Assembly: GCA_937880925.1 (NCBI GenBank)
Contig: CALGGB010000138.1
Coordinates: forward strand, 1 to 60,942
DNA from: an uncultured Rhodospirillaceae bacterium
GTDB taxonomy: Bacteria; Pseudomonadota; Alphaproteobacteria; SP197
DNA length: 60,942 bases
Direction: 5' to 3'
Shown here: in pieces, positions 9,658 to 20,885 of the stretch
How positions within the stretch are numbered: the stretch's first letter is position 1
Layout: each line of letters begins with the position of its first letter
Position numbers and translations under genes: made by a program
The notes under the pieces: generated by a model
What the model saw: only the letters and a program-made list of their open reading frames with translations
Database searches by the model: none
Told to the model about the DNA's origin: nothing

Positions 9658-9795
9658 GGCGAAGCCTCTGTTTGTTGTTGTCGCGGGTCGCGGGGCCGCG
9701 AGGGCGGAACCAATAAAATCGCAACTTTCACGATGTTCTGAGGCTGAATCGGCACGTTATCAAGTCGGATCTGCCGATTCTTACCGATTGTGGTG

Positions 9796-10464
9796 TCAGA
9801 GCCCGGGCATCACCGCGTGCAGTTCATCCAGGCGGTCGATCAGCCGGTCGCCGCCCAGTTCCTCCACGGGAATGGCGGTATAGCCGTAGCGCACCAGGAC
9901 CACGGGCATGGCAAGGCCCCGGGCGGCATCGACGTCGGCCTTGCTGTCGCCGATCATCAGGGCATCGGCGGCCGCGATATCGAGCTTCTCCAGCACCTTG
10001 GCGATATGGCCGGGGTCGGGCTTCATGACGCCGTTGTCGCCGCCCACCACGGCATCCATGTAGGCGGAGAGACCGAACCCTTCGACCACGATGTCGGTCG
10101 CAGACTGCCGCTTGTTGGTGCAGATGCCCAGCTTCACGCCCTGGCCGTGGAGCGCCTTGATGGTGTCCATCGCCGTGGGATAGACGCTGGAAAGGCGTGT
10201 GCTGCGCGGCAGGTAGAAGTCCCGGAAGCGCTCGGTGACCCAGTCCAGGCCCTGCTCGGGCTGGCCGCCGGTCATGCTCATGGCGCGCTCCAGCAGGCCA
10301 TGCCAGCCGCTGCCCACCATGTTGCGCACGGTCGTCTCGGTCAGGCCGACGCGGCCGAGTTCGGCCAGCACCATGTTGAGCGCGTCGGCAATGTCGGGCG
10401 CGCTGTCGATCAGGGTGCCGTCAAGGTCGAAGACCACGGCGCGGAAACGATGAGGCTGGGACAA
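9796..10464 (-). CDS. gph: Phosphoglycolate phosphatase (HAD superfamily)
   Basis: 222-aa ORF with HAD motif I VVFDLDGTLIDS and motif IV IGDSKADVDAA. The start is TTG at 10464, with GGAG 9 nt upstream. Confidence 0.75.
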   Translation of the reverse strand: MSQPHRFRAVVFDLDGTLIDSAPDIADALNMVLAELGRVGLTETTVRNMVGSGWHGLLERAMSMTGGQPEQGLDWVTERFRDFYLPRSTRLSSVYPTAMDTIKALHGQGVKLGICTNKRQSATDIVVEGFGLSAYMDAVVGGDNGVMKPDPGHIAKVLEKLDIAAADALMIGDSKADVDAARGLAMPVVLVRYGYTAIPVEELGGDRLIDRLDELHAVMPGL

Positions 10465-10640
10465 GTCGGGCGCTCCGGCTGGCAGGCGGGCAACGTAGAG
10501 CGGAACGCAAGGCGAGGGAACCGCACGGAGCGCGCAGCGGCCCGCCTTTTGCTGTAAGCCTTTGCAACACAGTTTGAATTGGTTGGCGACGTGCCGCTAT
10601 GGCACGTTCGAGCCGCTTTCCGGCCCCCTCATGAGGTCCC

Positions 10641-12032
10641 ATGCCTGATTCTCTCGCCTTGCCCGGTGTCGCTGTCGTCGTTCTGGGTGCGGGCCTTGGC
10701 ACACGAATGAAGTCCGCCCTGCCCAAGGTGCTGCACCCGGTCGCCGGGCGGCCGATGGTGAACCATGTGCTGGCCGCTGCCGCTGCCCTGCAGCCGGAGC
10801 GCACGGTGGTGGTCGTGGGGCCCGGCATGGACAATCTTGTGGCTGCGGTCGCCCCGGCGCGGACCGCGGTCCAGACCCAGGCTCTGGGCACCGCCCATGC
10901 CGTGCTTGCCGCCCGCGAGGCTCTTTCAGGCTTCCCCGAAGGAAAGGCGCCGGCCGACGTGGTGATCGTCTTTGGCGATGCCGCCATGATCGCAGCCCAG
11001 ACCCTGCACGATCTGGTCGCTGCCCGCCGCTCAGGCGATGCCGCAGTCGCCGTACTGGGCGTGCGGGTGCCCGGCGAGAACCGCTATGGGCGCCTGGTGA
11101 CCAACGCCCGGGGCGACCTGGAACGGATCGTCGAATTTCGCGAGGCGAATGACGCCGAGAAAGCCATAAATCTCTATAATTCCGGAATGATGTCGGTCGA
11201 TGCTCATGTTTTGTTTGAGCTTCTCGATGCAGTCGAGAACAAGAATGCGAAGAGTGAATTCTATCTAACGGATATCATTAAGATTTCTCGGGATCGCGGG
11301 CGCCAAGGCACGGTTCTGGAACTGGATGACCCCGAAGATCTGATCGGCGCCGACGACCGTGCCGATCTCGCCCGCTTCGAGGCCGCGATGCAGCGTCGCC
11401 TGCGCGCGCGTGCCATGGCCGGGGGAGCCAGCCTGATCGCACCCGAAACGGTGTTCCTCTCCTGGGACACGCGCATCGGGCAGGATGTCACCATCGAGCC
11501 CAACGTGGTGATCGCGCCCGGTGTGTCGATCGCCGACAATGTGACAATCCGCAGTTTCAGCCATCTGGAAGGTGCGGCGGTGGAGCAGGGTGCGATCATC
11601 GGCCCCTACGCCCGCCTGCGGCCAGGGGCCCGGATCGGCAAGGATGCCCACATCGGCAATTTCGTCGAGATCAAGAACGCCACGGTCGAGACCGGCGCCA
11701 AGGCCAACCATTTGAGCTACATCGGTGACGCCCGGGTCGGTGCGGGCGCCAACATCGGCGCGGGCACCATCACCTGCAACTACGACGGCTATCTCAAGCA
11801 CCACACCGACATCGGCGCAGGGGCCTTCATCGGCTCCAACACGGCGCTGGTGGCTCCGGTCAGCGTCGGCGACCGCGCCATCGTCGGGGCGGGCAGCACC
11901 ATCACGCGCGACGTTGCGGCCGATGCGGTCGCGGTCGAGCGCTCCCAACAGGTTGCGCACGACGGCCGTGCCGTCTCCCTGCGCGAAGCCAAGGCGGCCG
12001 AAAAGGCCAACCGGAAGAAGGAAGGACGTTAG
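10641..12032 (+). CDS. glmU: Bifunctional UDP-N-acetylglucosamine pyrophosphorylase / glucosamine-1-phosphate N-acetyltransferase
   Basis: 463-aa ORF. It has an N-terminal nucleotidyltransferase block (VVLGAGLGTRMKSALPKVLHPVAGRPM), an EFYLTDII motif and a C-terminal left-handed hexapeptide-repeat domain. Confidence 0.95.
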   Translation: MPDSLALPGVAVVVLGAGLGTRMKSALPKVLHPVAGRPMVNHVLAAAAALQPERTVVVVGPGMDNLVAAVAPARTAVQTQALGTAHAVLAAREALSGFPEGKAPADVVIVFGDAAMIAAQTLHDLVAARRSGDAAVAVLGVRVPGENRYGRLVTNARGDLERIVEFREANDAEKAINLYNSGMMSVDAHVLFELLDAVENKNAKSEFYLTDIIKISRDRGRQGTVLELDDPEDLIGADDRADLARFEAAMQRRLRARAMAGGASLIAPETVFLSWDTRIGQDVTIEPNVVIAPGVSIADNVTIRSFSHLEGAAVEQGAIIGPYARLRPGARIGKDAHIGNFVEIKNATVETGAKANHLSYIGDARVGAGANIGAGTITCNYDGYLKHHTDIGAGAFIGSNTALVAPVSVGDRAIVGAGSTITRDVAADAVAVERSQQVAHDGRAVSLREAKAAEKANRKKEGR

Positions 12033-12035
12033 TTC

Positions 12036-13859
<1,824 letters not shown>

Positions 13860-13913
13860 GTGGGAAAGTCGTCCCTGCTTGCACAACCGATATCAACTGC
13901 ATAGCGTCTTGGC

Positions 13914-14897
13914 ATGCTGGAACCGGCGCTGCCACCCGACGAGATCGAGCGCCTTCAGGCGCTGTACCGCTATGATGTGCTCGATACACCTGCCGAGGAG
14001 GTGTTCGACCGCATCACCCGTGTCGCCAGCGCGCTGGCGGAGGTGCCGATCTGCCTCATCAGCCTGATCGACGGCGATCGCCAGTGGTTCAAGTCGAAGG
14101 TCGGCCTGGATGTCCGCGAGACGCCGCGCAGCATCTCGTTCTGCGGCCATGCCTTGCTTGAGGATGGGCATTTCATTGTGTCCGATGCCACCAAGGACGC
14201 GCGCTTTGCCGACAACCCGCTGGTGACCGGGGGGCCGGGGATCCGCTACTACATGGGCATTCCTCTGGAAGTACCCGAGGGACCCAAGATCGGCACGCTC
14301 TGCGTGATCGACCGCGAGCCCCGGGAACTCTCGGAGTCGACGAAGGCGTGCCTGCACGACCTTGCCATGATGGTCGTGCGCGAGATGGAGCTGCGCATGG
14401 CCGCCACGACCGATGCCCTGACCGGCGCGCTCAACCGCCGCATGTCGCTCCGCCTGATCAGCCAGGAAACTAGCCGGTGCGCGCGCAATCCGGGCCAAAC
14501 CTTCAGCTTCGCCATGCTCGATCTCGACCGCTTCAAGGCGATCAACGACACCTGGGGCCACGATGCCGGCGATCTGGTGCTGGAATCGGTGGCGCGGGCC
14601 TGCCATTCCTGCCTGCGTGGTCAGGACACGCTGTTTCGCCTGGGTGGCGAGGAATTCGGTATCCTTTTTACCGATACGCCGATGGCGGAAGCAGCCGAAG
14701 CGGCCGAGCGGATCCGTGCGTTTCTGGCCGATCAGTCGATTCTGATCGGAACGGAGATGATCAGCGTAACTGCAAGTATCGGTGTGGCCGAGCACCGCGA
14801 GGACGATGTCGCCCCGCCCGCTCTGGTCGCGCGTGCCGACAAGGCGCTTTATGAGGCGAAGAATCAGGGTCGCAACAGGGTGCAAGTCGCCGGTTAG
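13914..14897 (+). CDS. GAF-domain diguanylate cyclase (GGEEF, RxxD I-site)
   Basis: 327-aa ORF. It has an N-terminal GAF-like domain (FCGHALL...GIRYYMGIPL). The GGDEF domain carries RGQD-TLFRL-GGEEF, with GGEEF at nt 14643..14657. Confidence 0.9.
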   Translation: MLEPALPPDEIERLQALYRYDVLDTPAEEVFDRITRVASALAEVPICLISLIDGDRQWFKSKVGLDVRETPRSISFCGHALLEDGHFIVSDATKDARFADNPLVTGGPGIRYYMGIPLEVPEGPKIGTLCVIDREPRELSESTKACLHDLAMMVVREMELRMAATTDALTGALNRRMSLRLISQETSRCARNPGQTFSFAMLDLDRFKAINDTWGHDAGDLVLESVARACHSCLRGQDTLFRLGGEEFGILFTDTPMAEAAEAAERIRAFLADQSILIGTEMISVTASIGVAEHREDDVAPPALVARADKALYEAKNQGRNRVQVAG

Positions 14898-14995
14898 ACG
14901 TTCCTTTGGCCTTGTGCGTGCGTGTGGCCCCGATCGCGTGCCGCCCATCGCCGAAGCGTATCTTGATGTCGCAGTTAGGTTAGACAGGGAAGACC

Positions 14996-15976
14996 ATGCC
15001 CGCCCCAGCCATGCCCGCCAACGAGCTTGCCCGCCTGCAGGCGCTGTTCCGCCATGACGTGCTCGACACCCAGGGCGAGGACGCCTTCGACCGCATCTCG
15101 CGTGTTGCCGGCATCGTCACGGACAGCCCCATCGTCCTGCTGGGGATGATCGATTCCGGGCGCCACTGGTTCAAGGCCAAGGTCGGCGTCGACCTGCTGG
15201 AATCGCCGCGGGAACTCTCGTTCTGCGGCAACACAATCCTGGATCATGGGCCGCTTCTGGTGCCTGACGCCACCGCCGATTCGCGCTTTTCCGACAACCC
15301 CCTGGTGGCCGGGGCTCCCGGCATCCGCTTTTACATGGGTATTCCCCTGACTGTGGAGGACGGCGCGAACATCGGTACCCTGTGTGTCTTCGACCTCAAG
15401 CCGCGCGAGCTTTCCGACGGCCAGAAATCGGCGCTGAACGATCTGGCGATGCTGGCGACGCGTGAACTTGAACTGCACCGTATCGCGACCACCGATTCCC
15501 TGACCGGCGCGCTCGACCGCAAGGTCGCCCTGCACATGCTGGAACAGGAGGCAAAACGCTGCGCGCGCGAGGGGGCCCAGTTCAGCTTCGCCAAGTTCGA
15601 TCTGGACCAGTTCAAACGGGTCAACGATGCCCTCGGTCACGACGGGGGCGACGATGTTATTGCCGCCGTCGCACGGACCTGCCGTGAACGGCTGCGCCCC
15701 CAGGACACCCTGTTCCGCCTTGGCGGCCAGGAATTTGCTGTCCTGTTTGCCGACACGCCTTCGTCGGAGGCCGAGGAACTCGCCGGCAGGCTCAAGCAGG
15801 CAGTGAACGAGGGCCGCCATGGCACTGCTTCAAAGAATGTGGCGCTGACGGCGAGCTTTGGCCTGGTGGCCGGCTCAGGCGAGGATGGCGACCCCCAGGC
15901 GGTCCTGACACGCGCCGAACGCGCGCATTACGCCGCCAAGCGTGGCGGAGGCGGCCAGCTCGTCGCCATGCACTGA
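14996..15976 (+). CDS. GAF-GGDEF-domain protein with degenerate GGQEF signature (paralogue of the preceding gene)
   Basis: 326-aa ORF preceded by AGGGAAG, colinear with the preceding protein. It carries RPQD-TLFRL-GGQEF, with GGQEF at nt 15722..15736. Confidence 0.85.
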   Translation: MPAPAMPANELARLQALFRHDVLDTQGEDAFDRISRVAGIVTDSPIVLLGMIDSGRHWFKAKVGVDLLESPRELSFCGNTILDHGPLLVPDATADSRFSDNPLVAGAPGIRFYMGIPLTVEDGANIGTLCVFDLKPRELSDGQKSALNDLAMLATRELELHRIATTDSLTGALDRKVALHMLEQEAKRCAREGAQFSFAKFDLDQFKRVNDALGHDGGDDVIAAVARTCRERLRPQDTLFRLGGQEFAVLFADTPSSEAEELAGRLKQAVNEGRHGTASKNVALTASFGLVAGSGEDGDPQAVLTRAERAHYAAKRGGGGQLVAMH

Positions 15977-15981
15977 AGCGG

Positions 15982-17199
15982 TCAGCGGTTGGAACCCAGC
16001 GCTGTGGCGATGCGTTCCAGTGCTTCCTCCAGCATGGCGCGGGGACAGGCCAGGTTGACGCGGAAGTATCCCGCTCCGCCCTGGCCATATGCCGCGCCGT
16101 TTTCCAGGCGTACGCGGGCGCGGGCAACGAGACGCTCTACAATGGTATCCGGCGCCATGCCAAGGCCGCGCAGATCGAGCCAGGCCAGATAGGTCGCCTC
16201 CATCGGCATGGCGCGGATCTGGGGCAGGCGATCGGCCAGAAAGCCGACCATGTGCTCCCGGTTGCCCGCGATATGGGCCATCAGGGCATCAAGCCAGGGT
16301 CCGCCCTGGCGCCAGCCTGCGATGAACCCGGCCTGGGACACCGGGTTGACGCCGAACAGGCCCGCGGCGTTGGAAAGCTCCTCCACGCGCTCGCGCAGGC
16401 CGGCATCGGGAACCACGATATTGCACAGGTGCAGTCCGGCAAGGTTCATGGTCTTGGACAGGCCGTTGGCGATGATGGCGCGCTTTGCGGCGTGCACGCC
16501 CAGGGAAGCGTAGGGTGTGAAGCGGTGGCCGGGCATCATCAGGTCGCCGTGGATCTCGTCGGAAAAGACCAGCACGTCATGGCGCTCGCAGAGCTGGGCG
16601 ATGGTTTCCAGTTCCTGCCCATCCCAGGCGCGCCCCACCGGATTGTGCGGGTTGCACAGCACGAACATGGCGACGTCCGGGTCGGCGAGCCGTGCCTCCA
16701 GGCTTGCCATGTCCATGCCGTAGCGCCCGTCCTCGCCCAGGGTCAGCTCGTGGGTTGTGACGACGGCGCCGCTCTGGGTGATGGCATCGACGAAGGGCGG
16801 GAAAGCCGGCGTCTGCAGCAGCACCTTGCGGCCGGGCGCCACCATGCCCCGGATCAGCATGTAGAGCGCCGGCAGCACCCCCTGGAAAGTGAGGATCGCT
16901 TCTCCCGGCATGTCCCAGCCGTGGCGCTGGCGCTGCCAGTCGCTGGCTGCCTGCCGGTAGGCCTCGCCGACCATGGTGTAGCCGAAGATTCCGTGGTCGA
17001 TGCGCGCCTTCATGGCCTCAAGCACGACCTGGGGTGCGGCAAGTTCCATGTCGGCAACCGAAAGCGGGATCGGCTCCAGCCCTTCGGAAAGCCAGGCTTC
17101 ACCGGGGGCAGGCTGGCCGTGGGCCGCAAGCTGGCTGCTCCACTTGGCAGCATCCGTGCCATGCCGGTCGATCCGCGTCTCGAAGTCGAATTCGGTCAT
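15982..17199 (-). CDS. PLP-dependent C-S lyase / aminotransferase, PatB/MalY type
   Basis: ORF 15982..17307, with the start moved to ATG 17199. It has the MTEFDFETRIDRHGTDAAKW N-terminus typical of PatB/MalY and the PLP-lysine context GLSKTMNLAGL. Confidence 0.85.
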   Translation of the reverse strand: MTEFDFETRIDRHGTDAAKWSSQLAAHGQPAPGEAWLSEGLEPIPLSVADMELAAPQVVLEAMKARIDHGIFGYTMVGEAYRQAASDWQRQRHGWDMPGEAILTFQGVLPALYMLIRGMVAPGRKVLLQTPAFPPFVDAITQSGAVVTTHELTLGEDGRYGMDMASLEARLADPDVAMFVLCNPHNPVGRAWDGQELETIAQLCERHDVLVFSDEIHGDLMMPGHRFTPYASLGVHAAKRAIIANGLSKTMNLAGLHLCNIVVPDAGLRERVEELSNAAGLFGVNPVSQAGFIAGWRQGGPWLDALMAHIAGNREHMVGFLADRLPQIRAMPMEATYLAWLDLRGLGMAPDTIVERLVARARVRLENGAAYGQGGAGYFRVNLACPRAMLEEALERIATALGSNR

Positions 17200-17281
17200 G
17201 TTCGGCCAGTCCCCCGATCCTTGCAGCGCTTGGAGTAGCACGATCCAGTTGTTGCTTGAACGCCAGCTGTGCCCTGCCGAT

Positions 17282-18298
17282 ATGCCTGCCATGGATGATT
17301 TCGCCATGCTGCCGCCTGTTCCCCATGTCGATGTGCGCGGAGGCGGCGCCCTGGCGCTCTATGCGGCGGCGCCTGAGGCAGCCCAGGCGCAGATCGATGA
17401 CGCCCAGACGCGCTTCACGCGACTTGGCGTGGCGCTGGCGGACCGCTTGTCGCGTCGCTGGCTGGAACGCACGGACAACCCGTTGCGCCGCGAGATCGCG
17501 GCGGTCGCCGATGCCGTGGGTCGCCCAGGCGCGCATCTTCTCAATCTTTCCTATGAGTGGGGCTGCAGTGCTGCCGTGGCGCCCGATCCCTTCGGCACAG
17601 GCATGCGCCTGTTGCGTACACTCGATTGGCCTTTCGCCGGCCTGGGATCGGGCCTGATCGCCGCACGCATGGAAGGTTCTGCCGGCCCCTGGCTCAATCT
17701 GACCTGGCCAGGGTTTGCAGGTGTGCTGACGGCCGTGGCCAGAGGACGTTTCGCTGTCGCCTTCAACCAGCCACCCATGCATGCACGGCGCGTTTGTGGA
17801 CTTGGCCTGCCGATGCCGCTCGACTGGGCGCTCAACCGGCACGTCGTGTGGCGCAGCCGCGAGATACCGCCCGCCCACCTTCTGCGCCTGGTCTGCGACG
17901 AGGCCGCCGACTACGACGATGCAAGGCGCCGCATCGTCCAGACACCGCTCGCGACCTCCTGTTTTGTCACCCTGGCCGGCCCCAATGCGGGCGAGGGCTG
18001 TGTCATCGAGCGAACGCACGATGCCGCTTTTGTTCATGAAGCCCCACGCGCCATCACCAACCATTGGCTGACGCCGGACCGTATCGGCCACCCGCGTACC
18101 GCCCACAGCCGTGAGCGCCTGACGATGATCGCCGCGATGATGTCCGGGCCGGGTCAGCTTGCCTGGCTGCAGGAGCCGATCCTCAACCGCGACACCCGGC
18201 TTGCCGCCGAACTCAACCCGGCAACCGGCATGGTTCAGGCGCAGGGTTGGGAGGCCGAGGGCCCTGCGACACGACCGACAATGCTGCAGGCTGACTAG
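17282..18298 (+). CDS. Acid ceramidase / NAAA-like Ntn hydrolase (choloylglycine hydrolase superfamily)
   Basis: ORF 17000..18298, with the start taken at ATG 17282; 17291 or 17309 are also possible. The blocks LNLSYEWG|[33 protein letters not shown] and [15 protein letters not shown] are colinear with the autoprocessing Cys and beta-subunit blocks of eukaryotic acid ceramidase. That comparison is from memory. Confidence 0.6.
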   Translation: MPAMDDFAMLPPVPHVDVRGGGALALYAAAPEAAQAQIDDAQTRFTRLGVALADRLSRRWLERTDNPLRREIAAVADAVGRPGAHLLNLSYEWGCSAAVAPDPFGTGMRLLRTLDWPFAGLGSGLIAARMEGSAGPWLNLTWPGFAGVLTAVARGRFAVAFNQPPMHARRVCGLGLPMPLDWALNRHVVWRSREIPPAHLLRLVCDEAADYDDARRRIVQTPLATSCFVTLAGPNAGEGCVIERTHDAAFVHEAPRAITNHWLTPDRIGHPRTAHSRERLTMIAAMMSGPGQLAWLQEPILNRDTRLAAELNPATGMVQAQGWEAEGPATRPTMLQAD

Positions 18299-18420
18299 GG
18301 CCAGCGATCCCCGTTTCCATGGCCCCCTGACCTTGCCTATAGTGCGCCCCACGCCACATCAGTCCTACAGACGCCCGCGGCCGCGGCCAAAGGGCGCGCC
18401 CCAGGTCAAGGAGACAGCCC

Positions 18421-19878
18421 ATGAAACTCAAGGATTCCTCGCTCTTCCGTCAGCAGAGCTACATCGACGGCAAGTGGTGCGACGCCGATTCCGGCGAGAC
18501 GATCGACGTCACCAACCCTGCCAACGGCGAGAAGCTCGGAACGATCCCGAAGATGGGCACCGCAGAGACGCGCCGCGCCATCGAGGCGGCCAATGCCGCG
18601 CTGCCGCTGTGGAAGAAGAAGACCGCCAAGGAGCGCGCCACGATCCTGCGCAAATGGTTCGACCTGATGATGGAGAACCAGGAGGATCTCGCCATCCTGA
18701 TGACCAGCGAGCAGGGCAAGCCGCTGGCCGAATCCCGTGGCGAGATCGCCTATGCGGCCGCCTTCATCGAGTGGTTCGCCGAGGAGGGCAAGCGCATCTA
18801 TGGCGAGACCATCCCCGGCCACATGCACGACCGCCGCCTGTTCGTGCTGAAGGAGCCGGTCGGTGTCGTCGGCGCCATCACGCCGTGGAACTTCCCGGCC
18901 GCCATGATCACCCGCAAGGCAGGCCCCGCGCTGGCCGCCGGCTGCACCTTCGTGTGCAAGCCCGCCACCGAGACGCCCTATTCGGCCTTTGCGCTTTGCG
19001 AACTGGCCGAGCGGGCCGGCATCCCCAAGGGTGTGCTCAACATCCTGTCGGGCAAATCCTCCGAGATCGGCAAGGAGCTGACCGAGAGCGACATCGTGAG
19101 GAAGATCACCTTCACGGGCTCCACCGAGATCGGCAAGCAGCTCATGCGCCAGTCGGCCTCGACCGTGAAGAAGGTCACCATGGAGCTGGGCGGCAACGCG
19201 CCGGTCCTGGTGTTTGACGACGCCGATCTCGATACGGCGGTCGAAGGCGCCATGGTCTCGAAGTTCCGCAACATGGGTCAGACCTGCGTCTGCGCCAACC
19301 GCATCTACGTCCAGTCCGGCGTCTATGATGCCTTCGCCGAGAAGTTCGCGGCCAAGGTCAAGGCGATGAAGGTCGGCGACGGCCTCGAGGACGGCGTGAC
19401 CCAGGGTCCCATGATCAACATGGGCGCCATCGAGAAGGTCGAGGAGCATATCGCCGACGCCACCTCCAAGGGCGCCAAGGTGGTTACCGGCGGCAAGCGC
19501 CATGCCCTGGGCGGCACCTTCTTCGAGCCGACGGTCATGGTCGACGTCAATCCCCAGATGGTTGTCGCCCGCGAGGAGACCTTCGGCCCGCTCGCCCCGC
19601 TCTTCCGCTTCGAGACCGAGGAGGAGGCGATCGCGCTCGCCAACGACACCGAGTTCGGCCTGGCCAGCTACTTCTTCGCCAAGGACATGGGCCGCATCTG
19701 GCGCGTTGCCGAGGCTCTGGAATACGGCATCGTCGGCATCAACACCGGCATCATCTCGACCGAGGTCGCGCCCTTCGGCGGCGTGAAGGAATCGGGCGTG
19801 GGCCGCGAGGGCAGCCACATGGGCATCGAGGAATACCTTGAGGCCAAGTACATCTGCCTGGCCGGGGTCGACCGCTGA
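18421..19878 (+). CDS. gabD: Succinate-semialdehyde dehydrogenase (NAD(P)+)
   Basis: 485-aa ORF preceded by AAGGAG. It has the aldehyde dehydrogenase blocks [16 protein letters not shown] and catalytic Cys GQTCVCANR, with overall GabD-like length and N-terminus. Confidence 0.88.
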   Translation: MKLKDSSLFRQQSYIDGKWCDADSGETIDVTNPANGEKLGTIPKMGTAETRRAIEAANAALPLWKKKTAKERATILRKWFDLMMENQEDLAILMTSEQGKPLAESRGEIAYAAAFIEWFAEEGKRIYGETIPGHMHDRRLFVLKEPVGVVGAITPWNFPAAMITRKAGPALAAGCTFVCKPATETPYSAFALCELAERAGIPKGVLNILSGKSSEIGKELTESDIVRKITFTGSTEIGKQLMRQSASTVKKVTMELGGNAPVLVFDDADLDTAVEGAMVSKFRNMGQTCVCANRIYVQSGVYDAFAEKFAAKVKAMKVGDGLEDGVTQGPMINMGAIEKVEEHIADATSKGAKVVTGGKRHALGGTFFEPTVMVDVNPQMVVAREETFGPLAPLFRFETEEEAIALANDTEFGLASYFFAKDMGRIWRVAEALEYGIVGINTGIISTEVAPFGGVKESGVGREGSHMGIEEYLEAKYICLAGVDR

Positions 19879-19901
19879 CCGCTTCTGCATCTGAAAGCGC
19901 C

Positions 19902-20885
19902 ATGCCGTTCCCGGGCGATCCCGGTGGCGGCATGGCGACGGATGCCGGGCAGTCCGCGCCCGCCATCGCGGTCGAACAACTGATCTTCGACTATCCCACC
20001 CTGCGCGCGCTCCACGATGTTTCGTTCATCGTGGAGCCGCGCTCGGTGACGGCGCTGGTCGGGCCCAACGGCGCCGGCAAGACGACCCTGCTGCGCTGCA
20101 TGGCGGCGCTCGAGACACCCTTTGCCGGGCGTGTGCTGATTGAGGGCGAGGACGCCCACGACAACCCGCGCGCCTCGCATCGCCGCCTGGGTTATCTCTC
20201 CGACTTCTTCGGGCTCTACGAAGAACTTTCGGTCACGCGCTGCCTGCGTCATGCCGCAGCCATGCACGGACTTCGCGGCGAAGACGAACGCGTCGCCGTA
20301 GAGCGCGTGATCGGCCAGCTCGATCTGGCCGATCTGGCGCAGCGACCGGCGGGTGAACTCTCCCGTGGCCAGCGCCAGCGTCTGGCTATCGCCCAGGCCA
20401 TCGTCCACCAGCCCGCGATTGTGTTGCTGGACGAGCCGGCTTCCGGGCTCGACCCGCTTGCCCGCCACAAGCTTTCCGATCTGCTCCTGGGCCTGCGCGA
20501 CGAGGGCATGACCCTGATCGTCTCCTCTCACATCCTAGCCGAGCTGGAAGACTATTCCAGCCACGTCCTTGTCATGGACCAGGGCCGCCTGGTGGAACAC
20601 CGCGCCATTGCCGGCGCCGACGGCGCCGCCGTAACCCTGGCGCTGGAGGTGGCCGCACCCTGCGTTGATCTGGCCGCGCGCCTTGCCGCCGTAGCCGGAA
20701 TCGAGGACGTGGTGGTCGAGGGGCTGACCGCCGTTTTCCGCGCACCCGCCGGCGCATCCTTCCGCCACGACCTGCTGCGACGCCTGATCGGCGAGGGGGT
20801 GCCGGTGGCCGGTCTGGCCGAACGCCGCCTGGGCCTGCGCGACATCTACCGCGAGGTCGCGCGCGGCGACGAGGGCCAGCCATGA
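19902..20885 (+). CDS. ABC transporter ATP-binding protein (ABC-2/DrrA-like)
   Basis: It has Walker A GPNGAGKTT, signature LSRGQRQR and Walker B IVLLDEPASGLD. The start is ATG 19902; 19932 is an alternative. Confidence 0.85.
   Translation: MPFPGDPGGGMATDAGQSAPAIAVEQLIFDYPTLRALHDVSFIVEPRSVTALVGPNGAGKTTLLRCMAALETPFAGRVLIEGEDAHDNPRASHRRLGYLSDFFGLYEELSVTRCLRHAAAMHGLRGEDERVAVERVIGQLDLADLAQRPAGELSRGQRQRLAIAQAIVHQPAIVLLDEPASGLDPLARHKLSDLLLGLRDEGMTLIVSSHILAELEDYSSHVLVMDQGRLVEHRAIAGADGAAVTLALEVAAPCVDLAARLAAVAGIEDVVVEGLTAVFRAPAGASFRHDLLRRLIGEGVPVAGLAERRLGLRDIYREVARGDEGQP

Noticed and set aside
12033-12035. glmS ribozyme or leader.
   Set aside because: glmS starts 3 nt after the glmU stop, so there is no 5' leader in which a ribozyme could reside.
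13860-13913. Tn7-type insertion site (attTn7) downstream of glmS.
   Set aside because: Only 54 nt separate the glmS stop from the next gene. No Tn7 end repeats or tns genes are present, so the site is unoccupied.
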